Source of the DNA: a virus
Lineage: Duplodnaviria; Caudoviricetes
DNA length: 64,000 nt
IMG/VR virus record: IMGVR_UViG_3300025892_000008
Strand: one strand, 5' to 3'
How positions within the stretch are numbered: position 1 is the stretch's first letter; each line of letters begins with the position of its first letter. The translations under genes were made by a program, and so were the position numbers. This document shows, in pieces, positions 37,565-46,837 of this stretch. Below the pieces are notes generated by a model, which searched no databases, was not told where the DNA came from, and was given only the letters and a program-made list of their open reading frames with translations.

Positions 37565-38003
37565 AGATTGCACTATTTGCTCCGTGTTCTGCACACTCTA
37601 CTCTTACGCAGTAGCAACGGTTGTCACTCATTTCACGTACTAGTTTGTCTGCAAAGTTAAAAGCGTGTTCTGCAAATTTTTCTGCACCAACACCATCCAT
37701 TACAACAATTTCTGCTAGGTCAAGTTCTTGTAGTTCCATAAACTTGTCCATGTGTGGATCGTTTTTATCAATTGCTGTTTTGTGATCAAAGTGATCTTCT
37801 AGCCATTTCTTCAAAGGCTTTAGTCCACCAAAGTCAACTGCCCAGTTTTTGTTGTCTAATTCATTACAACCAAATGTAAATGTAAATGCTAAACTATAAC
37901 CGTGTAGCAAATGACAGTGTGAATGATCTGCGTTAGGCTGTCTGAATACTGCCGAAAGACCAATGTTGTGTCCGTAATGTTTTGTACTTAAATGTTTTCC
38001 CAT
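37554..38003 (-). CDS. queD: 6-carboxy-tetrahydropterin synthase / PTPS family
   Basis: HCHLLHGY, DFG.LK, FDH, VECAEH..NSA. Confidence 0.85.
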   Translation of the reverse strand: MGKHLSTKHYGHNIGLSAVFRQPNADHSHCHLLHGYSLAFTFTFGCNELDNKNWAVDFGGLKPLKKWLEDHFDHKTAIDKNDPHMDKFMELQELDLAEIVVMDGVGAEKFAEHAFNFADKLVREMSDNRCYCVRVECAEHGANSAIYEA

Positions 38004-38082
38004 AATGTTCTCCTACTATAATGTTTTATGGGCGGCAGAATTAGAAGGGATGACGCCAAGTCCTTTGTTAAACATACTAGTA

Positions 38083-38111
38083 ATTATACGTTCTATTTAG
38101 GCAAGAGTCAA
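38083..38111 (-). promoter_or_regulatory. sigma70 promoter with an embedded TAAATA late motif
   Basis: TTGACT (38111-38106), 17 nt, TATAAT (38088-38083); TAAATA at 38099-38094. Confidence 0.75.
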
Positions 38112-38704
38112 GAACTTGAATGTAAAAACTTTACCGAAACGTTATTTCGATTCCACGTTTTTGGTAATTCCCAACTAGGATCGTTGTAAATTACAAACTG
38201 CTTGTCAGGAAAATATTCAAAAACTTTTGCAATTTGATATTGCCAAAATGAATAATCAATAGGTTTTGATTTTTTAGAAGAATAATTGTTTGTACCTTTG
38301 TAGATATTATTGACTGTATTAGATTGACTAGGATATAGGTCAAACCCTAATAAAACAATTTCTTGTACTGGTAAATTTGCAGCCACAAGAACTGCATAAG
38401 GACCACTACCCCAATGTATAGGAGTATCTGCTTTTGTTTTACCTTTGTATGGTAGTTGAGGTACAAGATTTACTCTTGGATCTTCTTTTGAATAAAAATT
38501 AATATAGTCCTGCCTAACATAAATTTTTGTATTTTTTGTGTTATCACTATCCAAAGATTCATCAACCATCCTTCTGTCGCAACATACAAGATGATCAACA
38601 TGTGTATCTCTGTGTAGAGCATTGCAACCGACTATTAGTCGTTCACCAAAACTCGAGAGATCTATTCCTTGTCTACTTTCGCCATTTCCTATTACTAGTG
38701 CCAT
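38108..38704 (-). CDS. Sialyltransferase-like (GT42/Maf-type) glycosyltransferase candidate
   Basis: VIGNGESR, GCNA, and GSGPYAVLVA...EIVLLGFDLY resemble CstII/Maf motifs. Confidence 0.55.
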   Translation of the reverse strand: MALVIGNGESRQGIDLSSFGERLIVGCNALHRDTHVDHLVCCDRRMVDESLDSDNTKNTKIYVRQDYINFYSKEDPRVNLVPQLPYKGKTKADTPIHWGSGPYAVLVAANLPVQEIVLLGFDLYPSQSNTVNNIYKGTNNYSSKKSKPIDYSFWQYQIAKVFEYFPDKQFVIYNDPSWELPKTWNRNNVSVKFLHSSS

Positions 38705-38725
38705 GGCAGTTATTTAAATGGGTGT

Positions 38726-39559
38726 TTAGGTGATAGGTCCGAATGTGGTCCATAGACCAGGACCGCCTGCTTTAACACATACCCAACCTATAAATCTTCC
38801 TGATGTTGGATTGGTGTTCCACACAATGTCACCTTGATTGAATTGTCCGCCTGTTGGAGCAGCATTTCCTGATAAATGCTTCTTATTGTCAAACTTAATA
38901 GCACCTCTTACGTGTAAGTCTACATCGCTATCTGGATTATTAACTCCAATAGCAAGTTTACCTTTGACTGAAACCTTTACTGGTGATGCATTTGGATTAC
39001 CTAATTCAATATCACCGCCTGCTTTAATTGCTACTCTGGTAGTACTATCTGTTTTTAATTCTAAATCGTGACTAGCAAATGTACCAACAAAACCTTTTAC
39101 AAAGTCTTCTGTACCAACCATTACTTCAATGCCGTCTTCTGCAACACTTAAAGCAGCATTTGGTTCTTCTGTTCCAATACCTAGTCTATCACTGTTAGCA
39201 TCAAATATCAAATAGTTATTGATAGACATTCCGCCATCAACGATAAGTCCTTTTAGTTTTCCAACTTCTTTTAAATTACTTTTTGTAACATTATTACCTA
39301 ATGTATCGTTACTTAGAACAACTTGATCGTCAATCTTTACATGTTTACCTTTAGCAATATTAATGTTTTCTGATGAGAATAAGTTATCATCTTGAAAGAC
39401 AAATTGTTTTGTGTAGTCTTTGCCAGTCCATAGCAATCCTTTTCCTGCTATCGGATCTTTAAATTTAATATGCTGCACACTATCTAGATTAGGTTCGTCC
39501 TGTGCTAGATCAGCCAGCGCCGCCGCTAATGCATCTAGTTTTTCTTGTTCAGTTGCCAT
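38726..39559 (-). CDS. Probable virion structural protein (fibre-like)
   Basis: RLGIGTEEPNAALSV and LAIGVNNPDSDVDLHVRG fibre-type repeats; TATAAATA at 39608-39615. Confidence 0.6.
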   Translation of the reverse strand: MATEQEKLDALAAALADLAQDEPNLDSVQHIKFKDPIAGKGLLWTGKDYTKQFVFQDDNLFSSENINIAKGKHVKIDDQVVLSNDTLGNNVTKSNLKEVGKLKGLIVDGGMSINNYLIFDANSDRLGIGTEEPNAALSVAEDGIEVMVGTEDFVKGFVGTFASHDLELKTDSTTRVAIKAGGDIELGNPNASPVKVSVKGKLAIGVNNPDSDVDLHVRGAIKFDNKKHLSGNAAPTGGQFNQGDIVWNTNPTSGRFIGWVCVKAGGPGLWTTFGPIT

Positions 39560-39631
39560 TATTGTTGTCCTGTTTTACCATAGGTATTCGTGTTGTTGCT
39601 CATACTGTATTTATATAAAACAATAACAATG

Positions 39632-40921
39632 CTAATAAACGGCTATTAATAATGTTTCGGGATTAAGTCTACCATTCATCTTAATAGGAGTAGTAGTGAT
39701 TTTTTCCATCCAATTCTCAAATTTCTTACGAGTATTCAAGTCCTTAACTTCTTTTAGTTGTTCTAGAGGCTTTCTAAGCGTGTAAGAAACGCTGGTTTTG
39801 TCATTAAATCTTTGTAAAGTCTGTCCTTTGAGATGCAATCCGCTACCATCTCTCCCAGTGCCTAACGGATCTTCTACAGATGTGTAATATATACCTAGTT
39901 TACGTGTTTTTGAATTAAACACAACCAAGCAGTTTGCACCTATAAATTTGTGTGGTTGAACACTACTGATAGCATATTTGTCATCTGAAATTTTGTATTT
40001 CAGTTTTTCTACTACTTTTTCAGGTGATTTAGCATGAACTTTGCGAGGCTTTCTATTTGCTTTAGACTCAGCAATAATAGCATCACATGCACCTTGCACT
40101 GCTAGATAAAACTGATACATCTTCTTAATCTCTGATTTACTAAAAATACTGTATCCTTCTTTTAATTGGGTAGCATAGTCTTTTTCTTGTTCAGTCATGT
40201 TTTTTGTGCTAGGAGGATTTAGTATTTCTTCATATTCTTTGATTAAAGGCTCGTAAAAGCTCTTTATCATTCTAGCATGCGGCTGCTTACAGTCTAGTCG
40301 ACGTAGTTTTGTTGCCGGTTTAATCGCCTTAAAATCACTTATCTTACCTTCAATAAAGTCATCATGTGCCTCTTCTATAAACTCTGACATAAGATTTGCT
40401 GCCTGTCTAAGCCTTTCTTGTATACTAGGCACGTATTTTACTTTACCTACATTTTCTTTCTTTTCTTGTTCTTCTTTTTGCTTTTCAATCTTTTCTTCGT
40501 CCTGAGCTTCCCCTAAAGCAACAGCAATTCTACTTCTAATAAATTCTGTGACAGGTTTAAGTTCTCCACTAGTACCTGGTAGACTGTCCCAATAATCTGC
40601 TGCTGGTTTGTAAATGTCGGGCATGCCTTTATTAAGCATTCTACATGTAATAGCAGCAGTACCGCTTATTGTATAATCATTTACAGTTTTTGCTTTTTTT
40701 ATTTCGTCTTTTGTGTAATCATTGGCTCCCATCCATTTCCAAACATCACCCATTAGATCGGAAGTCTTGTAATTATTGTAATACCATTGATGTGAGCCTT
40801 GGCGCTTGCGGTGAAACTCTTCCCCTGTAAGTTTGTCGTAATCATCCCATGACGGCTCTTGAAGTTTTGCCGCATTTCTAAAACGTTGCGCCGCTTTTGC
40901 TATTTTCTTTCTTCCAGCCAT
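39632..40921 (-). CDS. Hypothetical protein, early-expressed
   Basis: 429 aa; GGAG RBS; sigma70 promoter upstream. Confidence 0.7.
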   Translation of the reverse strand: MAGRKKIAKAAQRFRNAAKLQEPSWDDYDKLTGEEFHRKRQGSHQWYYNNYKTSDLMGDVWKWMGANDYTKDEIKKAKTVNDYTISGTAAITCRMLNKGMPDIYKPAADYWDSLPGTSGELKPVTEFIRSRIAVALGEAQDEEKIEKQKEEQEKKENVGKVKYVPSIQERLRQAANLMSEFIEEAHDDFIEGKISDFKAIKPATKLRRLDCKQPHARMIKSFYEPLIKEYEEILNPPSTKNMTEQEKDYATQLKEGYSIFSKSEIKKMYQFYLAVQGACDAIIAESKANRKPRKVHAKSPEKVVEKLKYKISDDKYAISSVQPHKFIGANCLVVFNSKTRKLGIYYTSVEDPLGTGRDGSGLHLKGQTLQRFNDKTSVSYTLRKPLEQLKEVKDLNTRKKFENWMEKITTTPIKMNGRLNPETLLIAVY

Positions 40922-40950
40922 GTCCTGTTTGCTCCTTCAACAAAAAATAA

Positions 40951-40979
40951 AGTATATGATGATATATATCATTTGTCAA
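40951..40979 (-). promoter_or_regulatory. sigma70 promoter with palindromic spacer
   Basis: TTGACA, 17 nt, TATACT; ATGATATATATCAT palindrome at 40959-40972. Confidence 0.75.
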
Positions 40980-41014
40980 GAAAAAAGTTACGAAAAAGAA
41001 TTAATATGATTAAT

Positions 41015-41671
41015 TTAGACTAAATCATGTGCTAACGGAAATATATCTGCTATAACTTTTGCACAAGCATGTGCAATGTCCATATGCTCTTTTTGTGTTC
41101 CGTTTGCACCACGTAGTTCAATGTAATGGATCCAACTACGTAAACTACCATTCATATATAATGTAGTTTTTGTAATACCTTCAGGCAGTACTTTTCGTGC
41201 TTGTTCTTTAGCAATACCTTTTTTAATTGCCCAATCATATTCTTTCTTGGCCCAATGCGCAACACGCATTTGTGCATGTAGCCAATCAAGTTGTAGTTTT
41301 TCATCGGCAACATCAATACTATTTTGTCTGTTCTTTAGATCTTGTAATCGTGCTTCACTGTATTCGAACATATCGCCTTGGTCTTCAGGATTAGCATAAC
41401 GCTGACTAAACTCTTGGAAGGCAAAACTTCTATGTCTTACAATTTGGTGTGCAATATCACGTGTAGTTTGAATTTCTAAACAAGCACTTACCATTTCTAA
41501 AGGTGACCAATGTGCGTGTTTGATTAGATATTTAATTAGTTTTTCACTAGTTTCCATATTCATCTGATTACTAGGATTGCTTACTCTAGCACAATAAGCA
41601 ATTAGCTCTTGGCAGTCTTCAAGTCCTAGTTCATCAGGTGCTTTACTATATGAAATTAATTTAACTTGCAT
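41015..41671 (-). CDS. thyX: Flavin-dependent thymidylate synthase
   Basis: HWSPLE, RHRSFAFQEFSQRY, EQAR.VLP, QKEH. Confidence 0.95.
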   Translation of the reverse strand: MQVKLISYSKAPDELGLEDCQELIAYCARVSNPSNQMNMETSEKLIKYLIKHAHWSPLEMVSACLEIQTTRDIAHQIVRHRSFAFQEFSQRYANPEDQGDMFEYSEARLQDLKNRQNSIDVADEKLQLDWLHAQMRVAHWAKKEYDWAIKKGIAKEQARKVLPEGITKTTLYMNGSLRSWIHYIELRGANGTQKEHMDIAHACAKVIADIFPLAHDLV

Positions 41672-41672
41672 G

Positions 41673-42026
41673 TTATTGGTCCTCTTCTATCTCGCAAAGT
41701 TTTTCTAAATGTTTATAATGTTCGTATGCTTTTTGTAATGCTTCGAACTTTTCTAGTTTCTCAGGGTCTGGTACTAAAATGTTTAACCTATTCTCAATTG
41801 CTTCTAATCGTTTGCGCATTGCACCTCCGACTTCATGATCCATGCTAGTATCCCCGAAGGTTATAGTTGGCTTATTGTATGACCATTCTGATCCTGTATC
41901 GTTTGTATCTGATATGCTTATGCTGTAGGCAATATCTTCTGATGGAAGAATGCCACCGACGGTGCTGCCTGCACCGCCAGTGTATGTAGTATCAGACGAA
42001 AGAGTAAAATCTAAATCGTCGTCCAT
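41673..42026 (-). CDS. Hypothetical protein
   Basis: 117 aa; acidic N-half, coiled-coil C-half. Confidence 0.65.
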   Translation of the reverse strand: MDDDLDFTLSSDTTYTGGAGSTVGGILPSEDIAYSISISDTNDTGSEWSYNKPTITFGDTSMDHEVGGAMRKRLEAIENRLNILVPDPEKLEKFEALQKAYEHYKHLEKLCEIEEDQ

Positions 42027-42028
42027 TA

Positions 42029-42223
42029 CTAACTCCCTTGCTTTTCTGCTTTACGGGCATTTTTAGTGTCAGTAATTTCTTTACGTCTTTCTTTGATTGC
42101 TTTTGTTAGTACCTGTAATGCTTTTCTAGCTCTTGTACCTGCTGCTCCATTACCTGCTTCGAATTTCTCATCTTCAGCAAGGAAATCTTCCATTGCTGTT
42201 TTGATTGCTTCTGTTTGTGACAT
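42029..42223 (-). CDS. Histone H1-like (Hc1-type) small DNA-binding protein
   Basis: GNGAAGTRARKALQ.L.K.IKE.RKEI pattern. Confidence 0.7.
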   Translation of the reverse strand: MSQTEAIKTAMEDFLAEDEKFEAGNGAAGTRARKALQVLTKAIKERRKEITDTKNARKAEKQGS

Positions 42224-42267
42224 TTTCTGTTCTCCATTATTAATGTCATGTATTTAAACATAACACA

Positions 42268-42296
42268 ATTATATAAGTCTTTAATAGGACTGTCAA
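42268..42296 (-). promoter_or_regulatory. Consensus sigma70 promoter
   Basis: TTGACA (42296-42291), 17 nt, TATAAT (42273-42268); upstream of the Hc1-thyX operon. Confidence 0.85.
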
Positions 42297-42323
42297 CCAC
42301 AAAGGTGGTTAAATACGTATATA

Positions 42324-43385
42324 ATGACTCAGCAAATTTCCAAAGTAACCACAGTACATCTTGAACTCACGGACAAGTGCCAGGCTCAATGCCCTATGTG
42401 TGCTAGGAATTATCATGGTGGTCCAACAAGACCCTTTATCAAGAATGGCGATATGAGCATTGATGATTTTAAAAAATGGTTTCCGAAATCATTCCTTGGA
42501 CAATTACAAAATTTTTATAGTTGTGGCAACTACGGTGATCCGGCATTTGCACGTGATTGTTTGGAAATCTATTCCTATGTAAGAGAATGCAATCCTAATA
42601 CTAGATTGGCACTACACACAAATGGCGGAATGCGCAACCCGGAATGGTGGGCTAAATTAGCCAAGGTGATAGGAACAGTATCATATAGCACGGTTGTGTT
42701 TGCTGTAGACGGATTCAAAGGCAAACATGAACTTTATAGAAGAAACACGAACTTTGATAAAGTTATAGAAAATATGAAAGCGTATATAGATGCTGGAGGC
42801 GAAGCAAGAGTTGATAGTTTAGTATTCAAACATAATGAGGATGAAACCGAAGAACTAAAAAGTTATCTTCTTGCCCTCGGAGTGAAGGAAGTTAATTTTA
42901 TAAGCACTACTAGATTTTACGAAATGAAAAAATTTGAAGTGCTTGATCAAAATTTAAATACTGAATATTACCTGGAACCAGCACAAAAGAAAGAATTTAT
43001 AAAACACCCAAACGCAGAGCTTGTTAAATTACTTGATGAGAATTACAGAAAGGATGTGTTTAGATCAGCAAAAATATCACCTAGGTGTGTAAACGAAGAC
43101 GCAATATATGTTGACCCGTACGGAAACATAAATCCGTGCTGTTATATTGGTAGCGACTATCTGGAAGAACCTATTGAGGAAACACTGCCGATTCACACTC
43201 TTAGAAATCAGAGCGTGTTGAATACAAGGGCAGTATTAGATGATATCGGACATTACACATGTCAGTCAGGCATACTAGGATCAGATGGATATCTTTTTAC
43301 AGGGTTGGACAAGTATTGGCATGGTGAAGACAAATGCATGACCTGTGTTAAGGCATGTTCAAATGCAATAGTGGAGCGCAAATGA
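42324..43385 (+). CDS. Radical SAM protein with C-terminal SPASM/twitch-like Cys cluster
   Basis: CQAQCPMC, GNYGDP, YVDPYGNINPCC. Confidence 0.88.
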   Translation: MTQQISKVTTVHLELTDKCQAQCPMCARNYHGGPTRPFIKNGDMSIDDFKKWFPKSFLGQLQNFYSCGNYGDPAFARDCLEIYSYVRECNPNTRLALHTNGGMRNPEWWAKLAKVIGTVSYSTVVFAVDGFKGKHELYRRNTNFDKVIENMKAYIDAGGEARVDSLVFKHNEDETEELKSYLLALGVKEVNFISTTRFYEMKKFEVLDQNLNTEYYLEPAQKKEFIKHPNAELVKLLDENYRKDVFRSAKISPRCVNEDAIYVDPYGNINPCCYIGSDYLEEPIEETLPIHTLRNQSVLNTRAVLDDIGHYTCQSGILGSDGYLFTGLDKYWHGEDKCMTCVKACSNAIVERK

Positions 43386-44368
43386 GTTTTACTCTAATAC
43401 CCTTTGACAATATAGTTAAGTTTGGTCAGTCCACTATGATTGAACGTCCTTTGTTTAATGTTAGTTGGATACTGGGTAGATTTTGTAATTACAAGTGTTC
43501 CTATTGTTGGCCATATGCCAATACCGATACACCTGATCATCAAGACTTTGAAGTATACACAAACGCAATTGATGAAATAAAACGCCAAGCGAGAGAAAAC
43601 GGATTTACTGAATTTCATTTTAGTTTTAGTGGTGGAGAACCAACAGCATATAAAAAGTTTGGTGATCTAGTTGAGTACTATGCTAACGACAATGAGGCTA
43701 AGTATCAAAGCATACACCTTACAACGAATTTAAGTCCGGGTGAAAAATGGTGGGCAAGATTTATAAACAACACCAGCCACTTGACACGTCGTAGTATCAC
43801 TGCAAGTTATCATGCAGAGTTTGCAAATGAACAAGACTTTGGAGATAGATGTTTACAACTCATAGAAGGAGGAGTATTTGTTACAATTAATCAAGTTATG
43901 GTTCCTGAATACTTTGAAGAATATTATGAACGTTGCAGTAGATTCGCAGACAAAGGAATTAACGTCACTCTTAAACCGCAGTCCGATCCTACCGCGTCTA
44001 GAATAGTAGACGGTTATACTGATGAACAAATTGACAAGTTACAAACAGGCTTTCCACAGAATTGGAATGGCGAGCAAATTATGCAAATGTATCTAGAAGA
44101 TGCTAAAGGTAATGATTACGGATTGGATCAAGCAGAAAGAATGAATGCATTTAACTTTAATAAGTTTAAAGATTGGACATGCGCAGCAGGCTATCAAAGT
44201 TGCGTTATAAGAGGGGTGGAAGTTAAAAGAGCATATAGTTGTGCGGAAGAGCCTTTAGGCACGCTTACAGAGGGTTTTACGCTGTTTAAAGCACCATCTA
44301 AATGCATTACTAGCACTTGTGTAAGCAGTGCAGACAGTAAAATACCAAAATGGAAAGAACATGAATAA
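43382..44368 (+). CDS. Radical SAM protein
   Basis: CNYKCSYC, SGGEPT, C-terminal Cys cluster. Confidence 0.88.
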   Translation: MSFTLIPFDNIVKFGQSTMIERPLFNVSWILGRFCNYKCSYCWPYANTDTPDHQDFEVYTNAIDEIKRQARENGFTEFHFSFSGGEPTAYKKFGDLVEYYANDNEAKYQSIHLTTNLSPGEKWWARFINNTSHLTRRSITASYHAEFANEQDFGDRCLQLIEGGVFVTINQVMVPEYFEEYYERCSRFADKGINVTLKPQSDPTASRIVDGYTDEQIDKLQTGFPQNWNGEQIMQMYLEDAKGNDYGLDQAERMNAFNFNKFKDWTCAAGYQSCVIRGVEVKRAYSCAEEPLGTLTEGFTLFKAPSKCITSTCVSSADSKIPKWKEHE

Positions 44369-45098
44369 GTTTGGAATATTAGGATATGGATATGTTGGCA
44401 AGGCAACGCACAAAGGTCTGCTAAAGGATGCCAAGGCAATTGTGTATGATACAATGTTTGATGTTGACAAGAGCATTATATACGCTGCCGACACGGTGTT
44501 TATCTGTATTCCTACTAATACGGAGCAGGACATTGACATCATAATTGATGAAATAACTTACCTACAACTAAAAAACCCCAAGGTATCTATTATCATTAGA
44601 AGCACACTACCACTAGGGTCTTGCGAAAGGATACAGAAAGCAGTTGGACCTATAATATACATTCCAGAATTCCTAAGAGAAAGATACTGGGACACAGACT
44701 GCTTAAAGCGACCTCTGGTTGTGGGACACGATAAGTTAAAACTCCCCACTTGGTTATTGGATGAAGAAATACACGAGTGTACTACAAAGGAAGCAGAACT
44801 TGTGAAAATGTTTTCTAACAATTTTGCAGTAATGAGAATAGCCTTTGCAAACGTGTTCTATGATCTCTCAGAAAGTGTGGGTGCAGATTACGATAACGTA
44901 TTAAGTATGTGGAAACAGGTTCAGCAGAATCAGTCATACATGGAAGTTCCGGGACATGACGGAACGAGAGGCTTTGGCGGCAAGTGCTTGCCTAAGGACC
45001 TAGACTTTCTAATCGAAACACTAGAAAAGCATAACATTAAACAGGAATGGTTTAAACACATAAGGGAACTGAATAAGTCATGGACAAAAAAGTCTTAG
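44361..45098 (+). CDS. UDP-glucose/GDP-mannose dehydrogenase-like
   Basis: GYGYVG, FICIPT, IRSTLP.G, PEFLRE, K..SN, GFGGKCLPKD. Confidence 0.88.
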   Translation: MNKFGILGYGYVGKATHKGLLKDAKAIVYDTMFDVDKSIIYAADTVFICIPTNTEQDIDIIIDEITYLQLKNPKVSIIIRSTLPLGSCERIQKAVGPIIYIPEFLRERYWDTDCLKRPLVVGHDKLKLPTWLLDEEIHECTTKEAELVKMFSNNFAVMRIAFANVFYDLSESVGADYDNVLSMWKQVQQNQSYMEVPGHDGTRGFGGKCLPKDLDFLIETLEKHNIKQEWFKHIRELNKSWTKKS

Positions 45099-45955
45099 TA
45101 ACAGGTGCCGCAGGATTGATAGGCAGGGAGTTGTGCAAACAACTCAAGGACAAGTTCTATGTGATTGGTGTTGACAACAATTTTAGATACGAAAATTATA
45201 AGCCCGACTGCAACGAATTTATCAGCGAAAGCATATCGTCTTATCTAAGCAACACTAATAACGATTTTGATTATGTGTTTCACATGGGGAACATTAATGG
45301 TACTAAGTATTTTTACGAAATACCCAACAGACTTGCAGAAAACAACGTAATTTGTGATTTTGCTGTTTTCGATTTTGTAAAAGAAAATCCTGATTGTAAA
45401 TTAATATATGCGAGCAGCAGCGAAGTGGTAGCAGGCTCGGAAGAATTTCCAACACCTGAACTAACAGACATTACCATAAAGGATATACACAATCCAAGAT
45501 GGAGTTACCGATTGCCAAAGATACTAGGCGAAAACTTTTTGATGAATAGTGATCTAAATTTTCTTATAATAAGATTCTTTAACGCATTTGGTGCTGATAC
45601 AGGCAGTGGACATTTTGTAAGAGATATACTGGACAAGATTGAGAGTGGAGATCATACCTTGATAGGAGCAGATGAAACACGTTCATTCTGTCGTGTGGAA
45701 GATTCTGTTGATGCAATAGTAAACATTTTTAAACTGGCAGGGCAACAGGTAGTTAACATTGGAAGCGATGAAGAAATAACGGTATTAGAAGCAGCAAATA
45801 TAATTGCAGCACATAAGAACAAAAGTATCGAATGGAACTGTGTTGCTGGTAAGCAAGGTAGCGTTAAGAGACGAAAGCCTGATCTTACTCTTTTAAGAAA
45901 ATACTATCCTAAATTTAATCCTACAAAGTTTGCTGACGCAATACAAGATTTATAG
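45080..45955 (+). CDS. NAD-dependent epimerase/dehydratase
   Basis: TGAAGLIG, YASSSEV, Y...K, RFFNAFG. Confidence 0.85.
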   Translation: MDKKVLVTGAAGLIGRELCKQLKDKFYVIGVDNNFRYENYKPDCNEFISESISSYLSNTNNDFDYVFHMGNINGTKYFYEIPNRLAENNVICDFAVFDFVKENPDCKLIYASSSEVVAGSEEFPTPELTDITIKDIHNPRWSYRLPKILGENFLMNSDLNFLIIRFFNAFGADTGSGHFVRDILDKIESGDHTLIGADETRSFCRVEDSVDAIVNIFKLAGQQVVNIGSDEEITVLEAANIIAAHKNKSIEWNCVAGKQGSVKRRKPDLTLLRKYYPKFNPTKFADAIQDL

Positions 45956-46810
45956 TTGTAGTATTTTAATTTTTTTAATTTTTGATTTTTCAGGAAGTGT
46001 AATTTTATTTTCCCATTTACACAAACGACATTGCTCTTGAGGTTCTAATCTTGTCTTTATCCAAGTTTCAAATTCTTCTGCACTACACCCAAGATCTTGT
46101 TTTGCAATGTCAGCAAACGGATCTTCTATTTGAAATTTTCTTGATAACTGAGGAAGTATTGCCTGTTGATGACAGCGATAAAATCTACCATCTACTAGAT
46201 ACATACATTGTATAGCAGGACACTTAGAATGTTGATCATCTTTATCTCTAAGTTTATCCCAACTTAATTTATTACCTTTCTTCACAACAGCAGGGTTTTC
46301 GTAAAACTGCCATGCTTCTGTAATTTCACCTCTTTCAATTCCGTCAACAACAAGTTTATAATGCCACTCACCATCTTCGTGTCTAGTATCTTGGAATCGC
46401 TCGCAGGACACATCTGTCCACCTTTTGTTGACCCATGACATAACTGTGTCGAGGTCTTCTTTAGAATGAGCTGATATTTCTATTTTCCAATCACGCTCTA
46501 TCCATTCAGGATACAATTCGTCAAATTTGTCTAAATCTCTTCCATTAGTGACTACCCACTTTTTAGCATTAGGCCACATGCTTTCCAAGTATGCCATCCA
46601 TTCTCCTAGTGCAGGATTAGATGTAGGTTCTCCGCCTATAATAAAAACTTCTTCGAAGTCAACTTTATTCTGTAGGCCTTTTAATTTTTCCTTAGATGTA
46701 TCTGGCTTAAAATGATTGCCCCAATTAAGATGATTAAACGTACAACAACTGTCACACGCCAAGGTACAGGTGTGAGTAATATAAACACTTAATTCAGGAA
46801 GAAGCAACAT
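45950..46810 (-). CDS. Radical SAM protein
   Basis: CTLACDSC, IGGEPT; start refined to ATG 46810, 5 nt after TATAAATA. Confidence 0.85.
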   Translation of the reverse strand: MLLLPELSVYITHTCTLACDSCCTFNHLNWGNHFKPDTSKEKLKGLQNKVDFEEVFIIGGEPTSNPALGEWMAYLESMWPNAKKWVVTNGRDLDKFDELYPEWIERDWKIEISAHSKEDLDTVMSWVNKRWTDVSCERFQDTRHEDGEWHYKLVVDGIERGEITEAWQFYENPAVVKKGNKLSWDKLRDKDDQHSKCPAIQCMYLVDGRFYRCHQQAILPQLSRKFQIEDPFADIAKQDLGCSAEEFETWIKTRLEPQEQCRLCKWENKITLPEKSKIKKIKILQL

Positions 46811-46837
46811 ACTTCTATTTATAGCATATATATACAT

